This document shows positions 49,133 through 62,969 of a DNA stretch of 64,000 bases, piece by piece; positions within the stretch are counted from its first letter, which is position 1; each line of letters begins with the position of its first letter. The notes under the pieces are model-generated. The model did not search any database. It was not told the DNA's origin and saw nothing but the letters and a program-made list of their open reading frames with translations. This DNA is from Octopus bimaculoides. Taxonomy: Eukaryota. The stretch lies in contig NC_069006.1 of the NCBI RefSeq assembly GCF_001194135.2, forward strand, positions 17,711,313 to 17,775,312, in the 5' to 3' direction. Position numbers and translations under genes: made by a program.

Positions 49133-51659
49133 CTGTTGTTACACAAATCATAATTTTTATGATTGTTATTGTTACTATCATCAACATCATCATCTTCATC
49201 ATCATTTTTAGTATTACTGTTTACACACACACACACACACACATGTATATATCTGTCTTTGTATGTCTGTAGATAGATGCGTGTGTACGTACACATTTAT
49301 ACATGAATGAATGTTTAAGTATTTATATAGTCTTTGGTCTATATATGTTTATGCATGTATGTATACATGTGTGTATAGTTTGATGTAATGGAATTGGCTT
49401 GTGTGTTGGTGTATTACATTGCCTTTTCTTCTCTGTTTGTCTGTCTGTCTGTCTCTCTCTCTTTCCCCTTTCTCTCTACCTGTCTATCTATCCTAATTAT
49501 ACATTTAATCATGCTCTGCTTCTTGGCATCTTTAAGCTATCATTAAGCAGTCCTTTGCTCAAAGACACTCACTCCAGCTATGTCCAGCCTATCTTTTTAG
49601 GGCCATCTCAGACTACATTAACCAAATAGATCTTACTTTTTTTAAGTCATTAATAGTGTGATTGAAAGGAAGTTTAGCTGTTATATATAGCAAATCAAGC
49701 AACCACACAGCAGCTCGTTTAACTTTCTTTTTCTCTTTTTTTCTCTTTTCTTTTTTTTTTTGGTACATTTGATCAGTTTGGCATTATTCAGTGTGTCCTT
49801 CCCTTAATAAGAGAGTAGGCTGGGATTTGAGGATGAATTTGGCTGCTATTGTGCTTGAGGCTTCTTCACTTTTCTCATATTTCTGGATTTTCTAAGGCAG
49901 TGAATCAGTAGAGTCATTCGAACTTCAGATAGAATGCATCACAGTATCCCTTCCATTTCTCTGTTGTGAGTTCAAATTCTACTACCAAGGTCAGCTTTAT
50001 CTTTCATCCTTTTGGGGTTGATTAAAAAAAATGCGCCATTTCTGTGCATTTGGTTTGGTGGCACTATTAGCAATTCAGGTGAGAGCCTTGCAGAATACGT
50101 TCCAGCATTTTGTGGTTTGCCAGCTGTATTTGTTTCAACTCCCCATGTTCTGAATATAAGTGTGTGAATCTGAGAGGCAAATATAGAATGTTAAATAAAA
50201 ATCATAATTAACTGATCCTTTTGTATTTTCTTTTACTCAAAGCCAGGAACTTTTCAACACCCTCTTGTGTATTTCAGGAGCAATAAAAGGAAAAACTTAA
50301 GGTTACCTATTGAGGATAGTGGTTTGACAGAACTATTAGGACCTTGCATGCAGGCAGTCTTTTACAGGGCTTAGAAAACCTGTTCCATTTCACCATCTGA
50401 CATTACACACATGCACAAACACATACATACCTACAAGCAGACAGCTATATATATACACACAAGCAGGGATGCACATATACACATGTACATACATGCAGAC
50501 ACTCATACATTTCAGGGTCAATAAAAGAAAAGGATTAAGGTTACCAATTGAGGGTAGTGGATTAACAGACCTATTAGAGTGCCAGGTGGAGTGTCTTGCA
50601 CGCAGTCTGTATTCTGGTTGCCTGTGGTGTAGCTGCAGTACTTTACGACAGCACTAGTACCAAACTGTAATCAGCCTTACCTTTCCTTGAGTCAGCATCA
50701 GTAGTATGGAGAGAGATGTACATGCATGGGTAACTGTCAGTCTTCTGCAAAGATAAACCATTGCCCCAGGCCTGTGTATGGAAGATACAGAGACTGATGG
50801 GGAAGACGAGGAGAAGTGGTCCTCTTCCATTATAGTATTGTTTCTTTGACCTACAAAGGAAATGGGTGGGGGTAGTGTGTGTGTTGGGGGAGAGAGAAAA
50901 AAATTGATGTGAAGGTGTAATTTCACTGAGTGGCCTAAAAGAAAGAGTATGGTGGCAGTGGAGAGTAATTGGTGTGGGGAAGAAGGTGGACTGGGTGGTG
51001 TTGAGAGGGCAGTGGTCCTCCACCATAGAGTTTGAAGTTCAATAGTGCAGCAGACACCAAGTGAGTATTTATTTATTTAAGTTCAACAGCTTATCATTGC
51101 TGCAACCTCCACTCCTGTTTTTTATCACAGTGATGATAAAACTAATACTACTAATACTATAATAATAATAATAATGACGGTAATAATAATAATAATCAGT
51201 GTGTCTATTAGATAAGAGACTGGTTGGCCTGAAGACCTGTGTCTCTTATCTCTGCCAAGAATAGGTGGTAGGTAGGGTAAGGGAGTGAAGTCTCCCTAGA
51301 CTAGGTGCTAGCAATATGTTTTATTATCTACAATTACAGAACTTGAAGATTAACAAGTTAAATCTTGTCACTGATATCCCAGCTCTCTACCCCGACCATG
51401 CCTGTCACCTCTACGCCCATACGCACGCGTGTGCGCGCACACACACTCAGTGAGAGAGCCCATGCAAGCAGGTTGCTGAAATTGCTGGAAATAGTAGCTA
51501 AATCTCCTTCAAATTACATTCTTAAACTGGAAAGAACTACAAAGGTGAAGTTAACTTTGGCAGATTTTGAAATTGGAACAGAAAGACACAAGAAATGCTA
51601 CAAAGAATTTTGCCCTGTGTGCTAATAATTCAGCTTGCTCACTGTCTTACTGATGCTTT

Positions 51660-52120
51660 CAAATTCTGGCACAAGGCCAACAATTTTTGAAGGGAAGGGG
51701 TAAATCGATTACATCACCCCCAGTGCTCAACTGGTACTTATTTTATTGACCCCGCACGGATCATAGACAAAGCCAACCATGGCAGAGTTTGAACTCAGGA
51801 CATAAACACAGACAAATTGCTGCTGAGCATTTTGCCCAGCATGCTTACGATGCTGCCATCTCAGAACCTTCATTGTGTTAATATGTTGATGATGATGATG
51901 ATGATGATAATAATGGTTTCAAATTTTGGCACAAGGCCAGCAAGTTCTGAGGTGGGAGTAAGTTGATTATATTAACCCCAGTGTTCAACTGGTACTTAAT
52001 TTTATCAGCCCTGAAAGAATGAAAGGCAAAGTAGGATTTGAACTCAGAATGTAAAGACAGACAAAATGCTGCTAAACATTTTGCCTGGCATGCTAACAAT
52101 TCTACCAGCTTACCACCTTC
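51660..52120 (-). mobile_element. Two tandem SINE B copies
   Basis: Both begin ttctggcacaaggcc/ttttggcacaaggcc on plus and end in the head; they are separated by (GAT)n. Confidence 0.85.
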
Positions 52121-53249
52121 ACTGCTTTAATGACAATAACGATGATGATAATATAATGATGATGATGATGATGATGATAATGATGATATTAATTCATTGA
52201 ATCTAGCCAAAATTTGCTGATAATATATGTGTTTTTTACCTTTCAAAAAAGGTTAAGAGCAACATGGAAACACTGTCANNNNNNNNNNNNNNNNNNNNNN
52301 NNNNNNNNNNNNNNNNNNNNNNNNNNNNNNNNNNNNNNNNNNNNNNNNNNNNNNNNNNNNNNNNNNNNNNNNNNNNNNNNNNNNNNNNNNNNNNNNNNNN
52401 NNNNNNNNNNNNNNNNNNNNNNNNNNNNNNNNNNNNNNNNNNNNNNNNNNNNNNNNNNNNNNNNNNNNNNNNNNNNNNNNNNNNNNNNNNNNNNNNNNNN
52501 NNNNNNNNNNNNNNNNNNNNNNNNNNNNNNNNNNNNNNNNNNNNNNNNNNNNNNNNNNNNNNNNNNNNNNNNNNNNNNNNNNNNNNNNNNNNNNNNNNNN
52601 NNNNNNNNNNNNNNNNNNNNNNNNNNNNNNNNNNNNNNNNNNNNNNNNNNNNNNNNNNNNNNNNNNNNNNNNNNNNNNNNNNNNNNNGTGTGGGTAGGTA
52701 TGTATTAATGCATGCATGTTTCGGCTGTGTGTTTTCTCTCTTTTTTTAATTTTGCTATTTTTATCCTAATTATTTTGCAAATCAATTATTCTGATGACGT
52801 AGTTAAACAATTAATTAAATTATCATGTAATGAATTTCTTGATTACTTGTGGTGTGTAGTTGTGATGATTGTTATTTGATTCATTTGTCTTTTGTTTTTT
52901 AAATAAACTCCAGTTTCAGTGATACATGTGTGTGTGTGTGTGTGTGTGTATACATACATACACACACACACATACACACACACACACGGAGCTCTCTGTC
53001 TCTTTGTCTCACTTTACTCTGTCTGTGTGTGGTATTTGTTTTGAGAAGAGCTTCTCTTTCTTAACTGAAGCAACATGCAGGAAAATGAGGACTCAAAATA
53101 ACAATGGAGTGAACCATAGCTTTGAACAGATAATTAACTCGCAGTGCTACATGTATATAGTATCTTTTTCTACCAGTTGTACACACGGATAGGTTTGTGT
53201 GTATGTGCTTGCGTGCACATGTGTACAAAAAATATACACACAAAATATG

Positions 53250-53587
53250 AAGGTGCTTGGCTCAGTGGTTAGAGCGTTGGGCTCACAATGATGTAGTAGT
53301 GAGTTTGATTCCTGGACTGGGCTGTATGTTGTGTTCTTGAGCAAGACACTTTATTTCACGTTGCACCAGTTCACTCAGCTGTAGAAACGAGTTGCAACAT
53401 CACTGGTACCAAGCTGTATAAGCCTTTGCCTTTCCCCTGGACAACATCGGTGGTGCAGAGAGGGGGAGACTGGTATGTGTGGGTAATTGCTGGTCTGCCA
53501 GAAACAACCTTGCCTGGACTTGTGTCTCGGAACGGAACTTTCTAGGTGCAATCCCATGGTCATTCATGACTAAAGTGGGTCTTTACC

Positions 53588-53590
<3 letters not shown>
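53250..53590 (+). mobile_element. SINE family C, near full length
   Basis: tRNA-like head tggctcagtggttagagcg..gagtttgattcc, central gttcttgagcaagacactttatttcacgttgc, tail to gggtctttaccctt. Confidence 0.9.
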
Positions 53591-53619
<29 letters not shown>

Positions 53620-53899
53620 NNNNNNNNNNNNNNNNNNNNNNNNNNNNNNNNNNNNNNAAATCCTGACTCTAAAACCACAATAATTTATTGTGGTTTTAGA
53701 GTCAGGATTTGACTGCTATTTTTTCAGCGTGGTGGTATCTCTTGATACCCTGTATTATAATTTTAAATAGTTATTACCTTTGATGGTTTTTATTCCCATG
53801 CTGACCACTTGATAAGATCAATATTTTAAATATCAATCTTGTCCTTATTTATATATATATATATATATGCACACACACACACACACACATGTGTATGCG

Positions 53900-54230
53900 T
53901 GGAAAGGCACATGGTTTAGTGGTTAGAGTATTCGGCTCACAATTGTAAGGTCATGAGTTCAATTTCCAGGGGTGCATTGTGTCCTTGAGCAAGACACTTT
54001 ATTTCGTCTTGCTCCAGTCCACTCAGCTGGCAAAAGTGAGTTGGCAAAAAGTTATTCAGAGGGCCAGCCTTATCCCATTCTGTATCACACTGAATCTCCC
54101 TGACAACTACGTTAAGGGTATGTGTGCCTGTGGTGTGCTCAGCCACTTGCACATTAATTTCATGAGCAAGCCGTTTTGTTGATGAGATTAACTGGAACCC
54201 ATATTGTCATAACCGGTGGAGGGCCAACTA
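53900..54230 (+). mobile_element. SINE family D
   Basis: Homologous to the reverse complement of 18449-18771. Confidence 0.9.
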
Positions 54231-54273
54231 CATACATGCATGTACACATACACACATGTACACTAACAAGCAT

Positions 54274-54310
<37 letters not shown>

Positions 54311-55556
54311 CATACACACATTACATTGCAATTGTCTTAAATTTATATTAATTAGTATTATATTAAGTGAATTTAATGTTAAATTTGAACAAATCAGTTT
54401 CCTTGTTTGAAGAGGTTGGTTAACATTTCTAACAACATTGTGAAGATGATTATGTTGATGATTGTGGTGATGATGATTGGTGTGGGGGGGGGACAATGAA
54501 GGCAGCAGTGACTAGTTTGTAACCTATGGCTTGTAATAGGATATGTAAACCTACCCTAATATGTTCTCTATGCCACCTCTTGCTCTCCCTGTTTCTCTCC
54601 AAACTGGCATTCTAAAGATATATTGACAAGCTTGACTACCTATTATAGCTGTGGGACATATTCACTCCAAGCTCAGTCATGAAGCACAGAGCTGACCTCT
54701 GGAGCAATGTCTGTCTGTCTTTCGTGCGACCTCTGCCATGGAAAGTATTCCTTTGAAACTTAACTGCTTGTCTTTATCACCAAATATGCCATAAATCGCT
54801 GCTGTTGTTTAGAGTGTATCAGTATGTATTGGAGGTGAGGGTGTGAGTGTAGGGGGTATGTATAGGGAGGTGTACTTATAGAATTGTATTTCACCTGCTG
54901 TAAACCTTGTCAGAAAGGCACAGCAGGGTTTGTTGAAATAATTACAGGGGTAGTGTCCCAGTGTATATACATACATACATATGCACACATGCACACACAC
55001 AAACATACACACACATGCACACATACATGGGTGTATGGTTATGAAGTTGTCTTTTCAACCATATGGTTTTGGGTTCAGTCCTTGGGCAAGTGTCTTCTAC
55101 TATAGGCCTAGGCAAGCCACTGCTTTGTGAGTAAATTTGGTAGATGGAAAATGTGTGGAAGCCCATCCTGTGTAGGTATATATGTGTGTGTGTATGTACA
55201 TGTGAGCATGTATGGATATGCATGTGTGTGTACATTTGTGTTTGTCCTTCCCACTGGCTCAATTGTGTATGCATTCACATCAAAATTATTTCATCTTTAG
55301 AAAGGTATGTGTGTATACAAGTATTAGTACTGATGTTGTAATAGTGTGTGAGAGTGTCCATGCAATAGTGTGTGGGTGTCTGTGGGTGTACATGTGAGAG
55401 ATTTCCCATGTAATTTTATGTCTGTGCTCAGGTGAACTTTCATCTGTCCATCAGAGCAGTAAGAATGACAGAAAGCAGAGATGAATGTGATCCACCTTGA
55501 AATATATAGGGTGCGGTGTTATTTTCATTTCTGTGTAATTTAGACATCTCATTTAA

Positions 55557-55803
55557 ACAGTGATCCGATTTTTCGTCTGATGTCACTTTGTCCAATGTCA
55601 TTTCATCTACGTCTTTTGGTCCAACGCCTTTTTTGTCCAATGATTTTTTTTTGTCTAATGATTTTCTGTCCAATGATTTTCTGTCCAATTTTAAATAAAC
55701 TCTTTCGAAAACAAGGTGAACATCAAGATCAAATAATCATTGACAATTTTAGGATTCGTCAGACGAAAAAGACATGGACAAAAAACATTTGACGAAAACC
55801 AGA
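55557..55803. mobile_element. MITE-like element with imperfect TIRs and 15-bp subterminal repeats
   Basis: Left gatccgatttttcgtctgatgtcactttgtccaatgtc; right end reverse-complements to tctggttttcgtcaaatgttttttgtccatgtc; internal (gtccaatgattttct)n. Confidence 0.6.
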
Positions 55804-55957
55804 AAGGAGAAAGCTAATTCGAAGACTACAGATCTAATCCATCACTGGAACTGTAAAAATCTGTAAAACTTTCTAGAAGTTTATCATTTAAATATATATA
55901 AGCATGTCTAGATATGCAACTATATGCATACACACATTAAATATACAAATCTACACA

Positions 55958-56358
55958 TAGGCACAGGAGTAGCTGTGTGGTAAGTAGCTTGCTTACCAAC
56001 CACATGGTTCCGGGTTCAGTCCCACTTTGTGGCACCTTGGGCAAGTGTCTTCTACTATAGCCTCGGGCCGACCAAAGCCTTGTGAGTGGATTTGATAGAC
56101 GGAAACTGAAAGAAGCCCGTCGTATATATGTATATGTATATATATGTGTGTGTGTTTGTGTATCTGTGTTTGTCCCCCCAACATCACTTGACAACTGATG
56201 CTGGTGTGTTTACGTCCCCGTAACTTAGCAGTTCGGTAAAAGAGTCTGATAGAATAAGTACTAGGCTTCCAAAGAATAAGTCCTGGGGTCGATTTGCTCA
56301 ACTAAAGGCGGTGCTCCAGCATGGCCGCAGTCAAATGACTGAAACAAGTAAAAGAGTA
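55958..56358 (+). mobile_element. SINE family A, full length
   Basis: aggcacaggagtagctgtgtggtaag...ccgggttcagtccc...caagtaaaagagta. Confidence 0.95.
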
Positions 56359-56751
56359 TACATACATACATACGCATGCACACATGCATACACACATATA
56401 CATACATAGAAACGAAAATACCGTTGTTGGTGTTGAAATTCCAATGAAGGAGCCTTGGATTTGGGTTAGAAACCAGTTCTTTCTCTATTGGCAAGAAATC
56501 TTGAAATAAACTGAATAATCACACACACACACACACACACACGTACATACATACATTTCTACGTATGTACTTTTGCCAGTACTATTCATTCCTGTTCTCT
56601 TCCCCCTCTGTCTCACAAGTCTGTATATATATGCATATAGGTGTGTGTATATATATATATATATATGTGTGTGTGTGCGTGTGTGTGAAGATACTCACAC
56701 TCTACTACTGTTCTTGTTGCTAATAATGTAACCATGATTCATTATTTGTAT

Positions 56752-56783
<32 letters not shown>

Positions 56784-56975
56784 ACTGTCTTTCTCTCTTA
56801 AACTTTTATCACACATACTCACCAAGATAAATAAGCTGTCATGTGCAATCATACACGCAAAATATGTTTATAAATATCTCTGTGTGTGTGTGTGTAAGAG
56901 AGATATGGTAGTGATGGATGATCTATGTGACTGAAGGCAGGTGTCTTTAAATATATATATATATATTTATTTATT

Positions 56976-57023
<48 letters not shown>

Positions 57024-57561
57024 TAACAACACTTGCCTCTCTCGCATACATTCAACACATGCACATACACACATGTATAAGACTTTGTGTTTGATTTGTT
57101 TACACAGTACTTGTCTAAATTGTGCTGTGACAGTTTGATAGAGAGCAAAGTGAACAACTCCTTCACTTGTCTAGCTGCTCTATTAATACTAACTTCTACT
57201 GACATATCACTTAAAAGATCACATGTACTTTAGGGGCCATTCTGTTATTTCCCTCAGGGCTAGACAATTTTTTTTTATTGGCCTCATAGTTCTTAACTGG
57301 GGTACCCTGTTACCCTGTCAAGTTGTACATAACACCGATCCATTGATTGATAGAGCAACCTGCATTTATCACATTTCAATCTCGCATTCTTTCAAACATT
57401 GACCAATGTACCATCGCTTGGCTAACTAGATACACTTCCTGTTTGCAGTGTGATTATTTAGTTTCATTCCTTGCCAGTGAAGAAAGATTGTGAATTCAAC
57501 GAATTGCATTAGTATTGTCTCCCATTCTGAATCCTTCCTGATAGACATCTATCTTTTAGAA

Positions 57562-57900
57562 TTTTACTTATTTCAGTCATTAGACTGCGGCCATGCTGGG
57601 GCTCCATATTGAAGAATCTTTAGTTAAATGAATCACCCCCAGTACTTAAAATTTTTTTTATAGCCTGGTACTTATTCTCCCCCCCCCCCNNNNNNNNNNT
57701 AACACTGGTTGTCAAGTGGTGGGGTGGGGGCAAACACACACGCGCAACAAGCTCCTTTCAGTTTCCACCAACCAAATCCACTCACAAGGCTTTGGTCAGC
57801 CCAAGGCTATATAATAGAAGGACACTTACCTTGGGTGCCACACAGTGGGACCGAAACTGACTATGCGTTTGGGAAGCAGACCTCTTACTACGCAGCTATG
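57562..57900 (-). mobile_element. SINE family A with internal gap
   Basis: Homology on both sides of a short N gap. Confidence 0.8.
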
Positions 57901-58364
57901 CTTACACCCAACACATATTCAACTTTGTCAAAAAGAATTTTCCTCGTGATTGGTAGTGTGATTGTTATTCCAAAGCCCTTCCCTGCCAGTGAAGTGTCAA
58001 CCATATTTTCACACTTGTTTGCATACCTCTGGGCAAAAACTTTTCATGACAGACTAACAATTGCCCAAGCATGCAAGTTTTTTTCTCTCTTTGCTTCTGA
58101 TGTTGTCTAAAGGAAAGATCATCACCTTAGAGCTGATACAGCTTAGTACCAGTGTTGCTGCAGACTAGATACCACGGAACATCTTGTCCAGGGATCTGAT
58201 AGTTCTGCAAGTCAACTGCCCTGTATTGGCACCTTTTCATCAACCCTGAAAGGATGAAAGGCAAAGTTAACTTTGAGAGATTTGAATTCAGAGTACAGAG
58301 AGGTGGAACAAACACATCAACACATTCTGGCTATTGACCCTACCAATTTGTCTGAAATTACTTT

Positions 58365-58815
58365 GATTCTACATACAAGGAAATCCATTTTATAATAACA
58401 GTCTATGAGTAAAATATATGATAAAACGGCCTATCGATAAAAATACTTTCAAATACTCATTTGATGTAAGTTTGGGATCAAAAGATTCCACTGAACTTGA
58501 GATTATACATCCTAATGCGTTCACATTCAGCATTTGCCTATATTCTTGGAGGACTTTATTGTGATGATGGTCTGCTAATCTTCCATAGCATCAACCATCA
58601 AACAAACAAATTTAGAAAAGAACTTCACAATTTCTTTAAATAACAAAGTTTAACTATTATGGTGAGGTCTAACCTTTTAAGATTATAAGCTTCCTTGGCA
58701 TCACTGTTAACCTCAACAACTCCTAGTTCTCCCTTTACTGAAAAACTCTGTGAATCACTCCACTGCATACATAGACTTTTTAAACATTAACAATGCCTTA
58801 AACCATCGAGTTAAA
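58365..58815 (+). mobile_element. Penelope-like reverse transcriptase remnant (pseudogenised)
   Basis: Manual translation: ILHTRKSIL..; FDVSLGSKDSTE; GGLYCDDGLLIF..KFRKELHNFFK; KIISFLGITVNLNN. These correspond to the PLE RT motifs FDVTMGSYDGAE, GLYRDDGL and NFLD.T.NL; several stops and frameshifts. Confidence 0.75.
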
Positions 58816-59397
58816 ACAAAAAAAAAAAACCTGTATAAAAATTTTTAAAAATAGAAACTTGTACATACTTTTTCAGCCTTTCCTCCAATAAATCTGCATT
58901 CATAGACACTTCAAAGTACTTGAATGATGGGTTAGTACAAAGTCAGTTCTCTGAAAAGATACAATGGTATAACGCTAACATCTTGTGACCCCCAACATAA
59001 ATAATAATTAAAAAAATGTAAAAAGAAAGCTAATTCAATTCTACATTTGTTATCAAAATCTAGAACCCTTTACAAAAACAGCCCCCACCCTCCCTCTTCA
59101 TACAGAAGCTGCAGAATTTTTAACAACTGCTTCGAACTTAGCACTTCTTGCTCAGCCTGGCTTTTACAAACTTGCAGTGCAGTTGCATCTGCTTGAATGA
59201 ACCTCCTCTTGACCGTTAATGTACTCAAGTACTGTGGTAAAAATGAACATGATGCCTAACACATATATTGGTTTGATTTGGAATAGATTCAAATTACATT
59301 TACAATCAATGTCTTCAGACTTTTCACCTTCAGACATGAAGCACAGACATGAGTTTATCATTTTTTTTTTCCTTTTCTTTTCTTTTTTTTTTTTCTA

Positions 59398-59776
59398 TAT
59401 GTTTTACTTGTTTCAATCATTGGACTGTGGCCAAGCTGGGGCACTGCTTTGAAAGCTTTTAAATTGAATGAACCAACTCCAGTACTTATTTTTTAAGCCT
59501 GATACTTATTCTTTTGGCCTCTTTTGCCAAAAACACTAAGTTATTGAGACATAAAAAAACCAACACTGGTTGTCAAGTGGCATTGGAGGAGAAATACAAA
59601 CACACACACACACATACACATGGGTTTCTTTCAGTTTCCATTTATTAAATCTACTCACAATGCTTTGTTTGATCTGAGACTATGATACAAGACATTTGCC
59701 TGAGGTGCCATGCAATGGAGCTGTACTCAGAACCATGTGGTTGGGAAGCAAGCTTCTTACCACACAGCCACACCTG
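59398..59776 (-). mobile_element. SINE family A
   Basis: Full-length homology, with an A-rich tail on minus at 59361-59397. Confidence 0.85.
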
Positions 59777-59859
59777 CATTTACAATCAATGTGGAATGTT
59801 AAACCTGATAGTTCAGACCATCACATCAAATACAGAATGATGTGTTTTGTCAAATCTGA

Positions 59860-59985
59860 TAACCACGAAGACAAGATGGCAAGATGATCTCACCCACCAC
59901 CTGGGTCCTACATGACCACAACTGACCAGAGATAGACAGTGGTGGAAAGAGTCCATGAAGAGATTCCCCTTTCGGGAGTGGTAAA
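59860..59985 (+). mobile_element. RTE-type LINE C-terminal remnant
   Basis: KTRWQDDLTHHLGPT*PQLTRDRQWWKES..REW* resembles RP.TRW.DDL..G..W...A.DR..W. Confidence 0.6.
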
Positions 59986-60780
59986 GTCCTGGTTGTAGGT
60001 TGAGGATAACCACCAATTTAACGGAATGGTTCAGGCCTTGAATTTCAGAAGATTACAAAATATTTATTCTCCAATCTTTCTCTTCTTAACCAATATTCAG
60101 AGTTGGTGTCCTGTTTAAAATTTAAAATGCCCAAGTATATCAATGGGTTATTAGAACAAACAGTTGAAAATAATCAATGAGAATGGTTTCCTCTTTTCAA
60201 ACAGTCTTTCATCACCATACAAATATTATACTCCAAACCAACATAGTTTTGTGCCCATTTAAATTAATCTGTCTGATTCACTGTTGAAACATGCCCCTCT
60301 TTTCCTCACTCCTTCTCTTCTCTTTCCTGCCCCTTTTGCTTCTCTCCTTCTTTCCCACTGTACCTTTATCTCCCACTCTGTTCCTAACCCCTAACTAACA
60401 ATACATATGCAGTCTTTTCATCAGTAGTTTCCCCATTACAAATCACGTGATTTCAGAGATGATGACACTGGAGTAATTTGTAATCCTGAACATTTTCTGC
60501 TTCAATAAATTTCTCTCTCTCTCTCATATAAAGTGCACATAAAATGAGTAAACACACACACACACAAGCAGCTGTTGTGGGCCCTGGCCTTACATGAATT
60601 CACCACATTTTGGATAAATCAATTTCAGGAAAATAACTGATGGTCCTCATGAGGTCCATAACTGTCAATTCACTCAGACTTATTACATGTAAGTTATTTC
60701 TTGTTTTAAAAGTATAAGAAATGTTTGCCATATTCTATATCAGCTCTTGAAAATATGTGCTCCTGTGCAAAATTGCAGCT

Positions 60781-61095
60781 CATCATCATCATTGTTTAAC
60801 TGCCACCTTCCATGCTAACTTGGATGGGAGGATTTCACAAGAGCCGTCGAGGCAGAAGCCTGCACCAGACTTCTGTGACTGTTTTGGCAGGATTTTTTAC
60901 AGCTGGATGCCTTTCCTAACACCATCCACTCAGCAGAGTGGATTTAGTGCTTTTTATTCACAAGCACAGGCGAGGTCAGTTTTGGCAAGGTTTTTACAGC
61001 TGGATGCCCTTCCGAACACCAACTACTTTACAGTGTGGACTGGGTGCTTTTGAGTGGCACCTGCACTGACAGGGGTCACCAAGTACTTACAAGAC
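60781..61095 (-). mobile_element. SINE family E with an internal duplication of about 100 bp
   Basis: ttttggcag(g)..tttttacagctggatgcc occurs twice (about 60882 and 60980). Confidence 0.8.
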
Positions 61096-61171
61096 AAAAA
61101 TCTCAGGTTCAAAACTATAGCATCAAACTTAGACTGTTCATGCAAACATACATTTTATATATATCAAGATT

Positions 61172-61227
<56 letters not shown>

Positions 61228-61244
61228 NNNNNNNNNNTCATATA

Positions 61245-61285
<41 letters not shown>

Positions 61286-61384
61286 TCAAATATGAATGAG
61301 AAGCAGCTCAAGGGATATAAACAATATCGAACACACATACACAAATTATGTGTATGTGTGTTCGATATTGTTTTTATAAATAAT

Positions 61385-62022
<638 letters not shown>

Positions 62023-62036
62023 TGTGTGTGTATATA

Positions 62037-62220
62037 TTCTTGTTTCAGTCATTTGACTGTGGCCATGCTGGAGCACTGCCTTAAAGGGTTTTTTAGTCAA
62101 AGAAATCGCCCCCCCCCCAGACTTGTTGGTGTCTTTTGCTGAACTGTTAAGTTACAGGGACATAAACAAACCAATGTCAGTGTCAAGCAATGGTGGCTGG
62201 ACAAACACAGACACACAAAT
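62037..62220 (-). mobile_element. SINE A tail, inverted relative to the previous copy
   Basis: ttcttgtttcagtcatttgactgtggccatgctggagcactgcc. Confidence 0.9.
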
Positions 62221-62223
62221 AAT

Positions 62224-62259
<36 letters not shown>

Positions 62260-62420
62260 AGTTGTAAATTTATATAAGTAACTCATGGGCCTATAGTTTC
62301 ATGCAAGACACTCATCAAATTGGTTTAAAGTGTGTGTATGGATGCACGCGAATGTGTTTGAATGCGAATGCATACATTTATATACATACTCACTAGTGTC
62401 TTGCACATAATTCTAGGCCC

Positions 62421-62646
62421 TTGACCCTTTAGCATCTAAACTAGCTATACCTGGCCCAAATATCCTACCTGTCTCATGCTCAAACCGGCCAGACCTGGCC
62501 TCTCACACCTATCCTACAATGTCATTCTAAAAATAAGCAATCATATCATCGAAATCTTTAAGCTACAAGTTTATGTATGATTAATTCAAACTAATGTGAA
62601 TGGATAGGTATTAGTTTTGACATTAATCTGAATGCTAAAGTGTCAA
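62421..62646 (-). mobile_element. Family G MITE, near complete
   Basis: TIRs ttgaccctttagcat / atgctaaagtgtcaa. Confidence 0.8.
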
Positions 62647-62969
62647 GTCACTTACATAGCTTTACAGCTAATAAATATATATGTTCTACTTTATTTATTG
62701 AGTTCTATTATTTCTGTTCGTGCTACCACACACAGAGACTTGTGTGTGTATGCATGTGGGAAGATGTATTGTAGCAATTCCAGATCTGAAGGGTTATAAT
62801 TCAGCCACAAAAGTGTCCATTCAACTAACAACCTTGAGTGAGCTCAATAGCTAAATCCTATCCTTCTGCCTCTTATTAAGTGGAGGAGCACATGAGGATA
62901 ATGTAGTCCTAGATACACTAAGTCACTGAACAAAAGATGATAGATCATACACTCAATAGGAGCTGTCTT

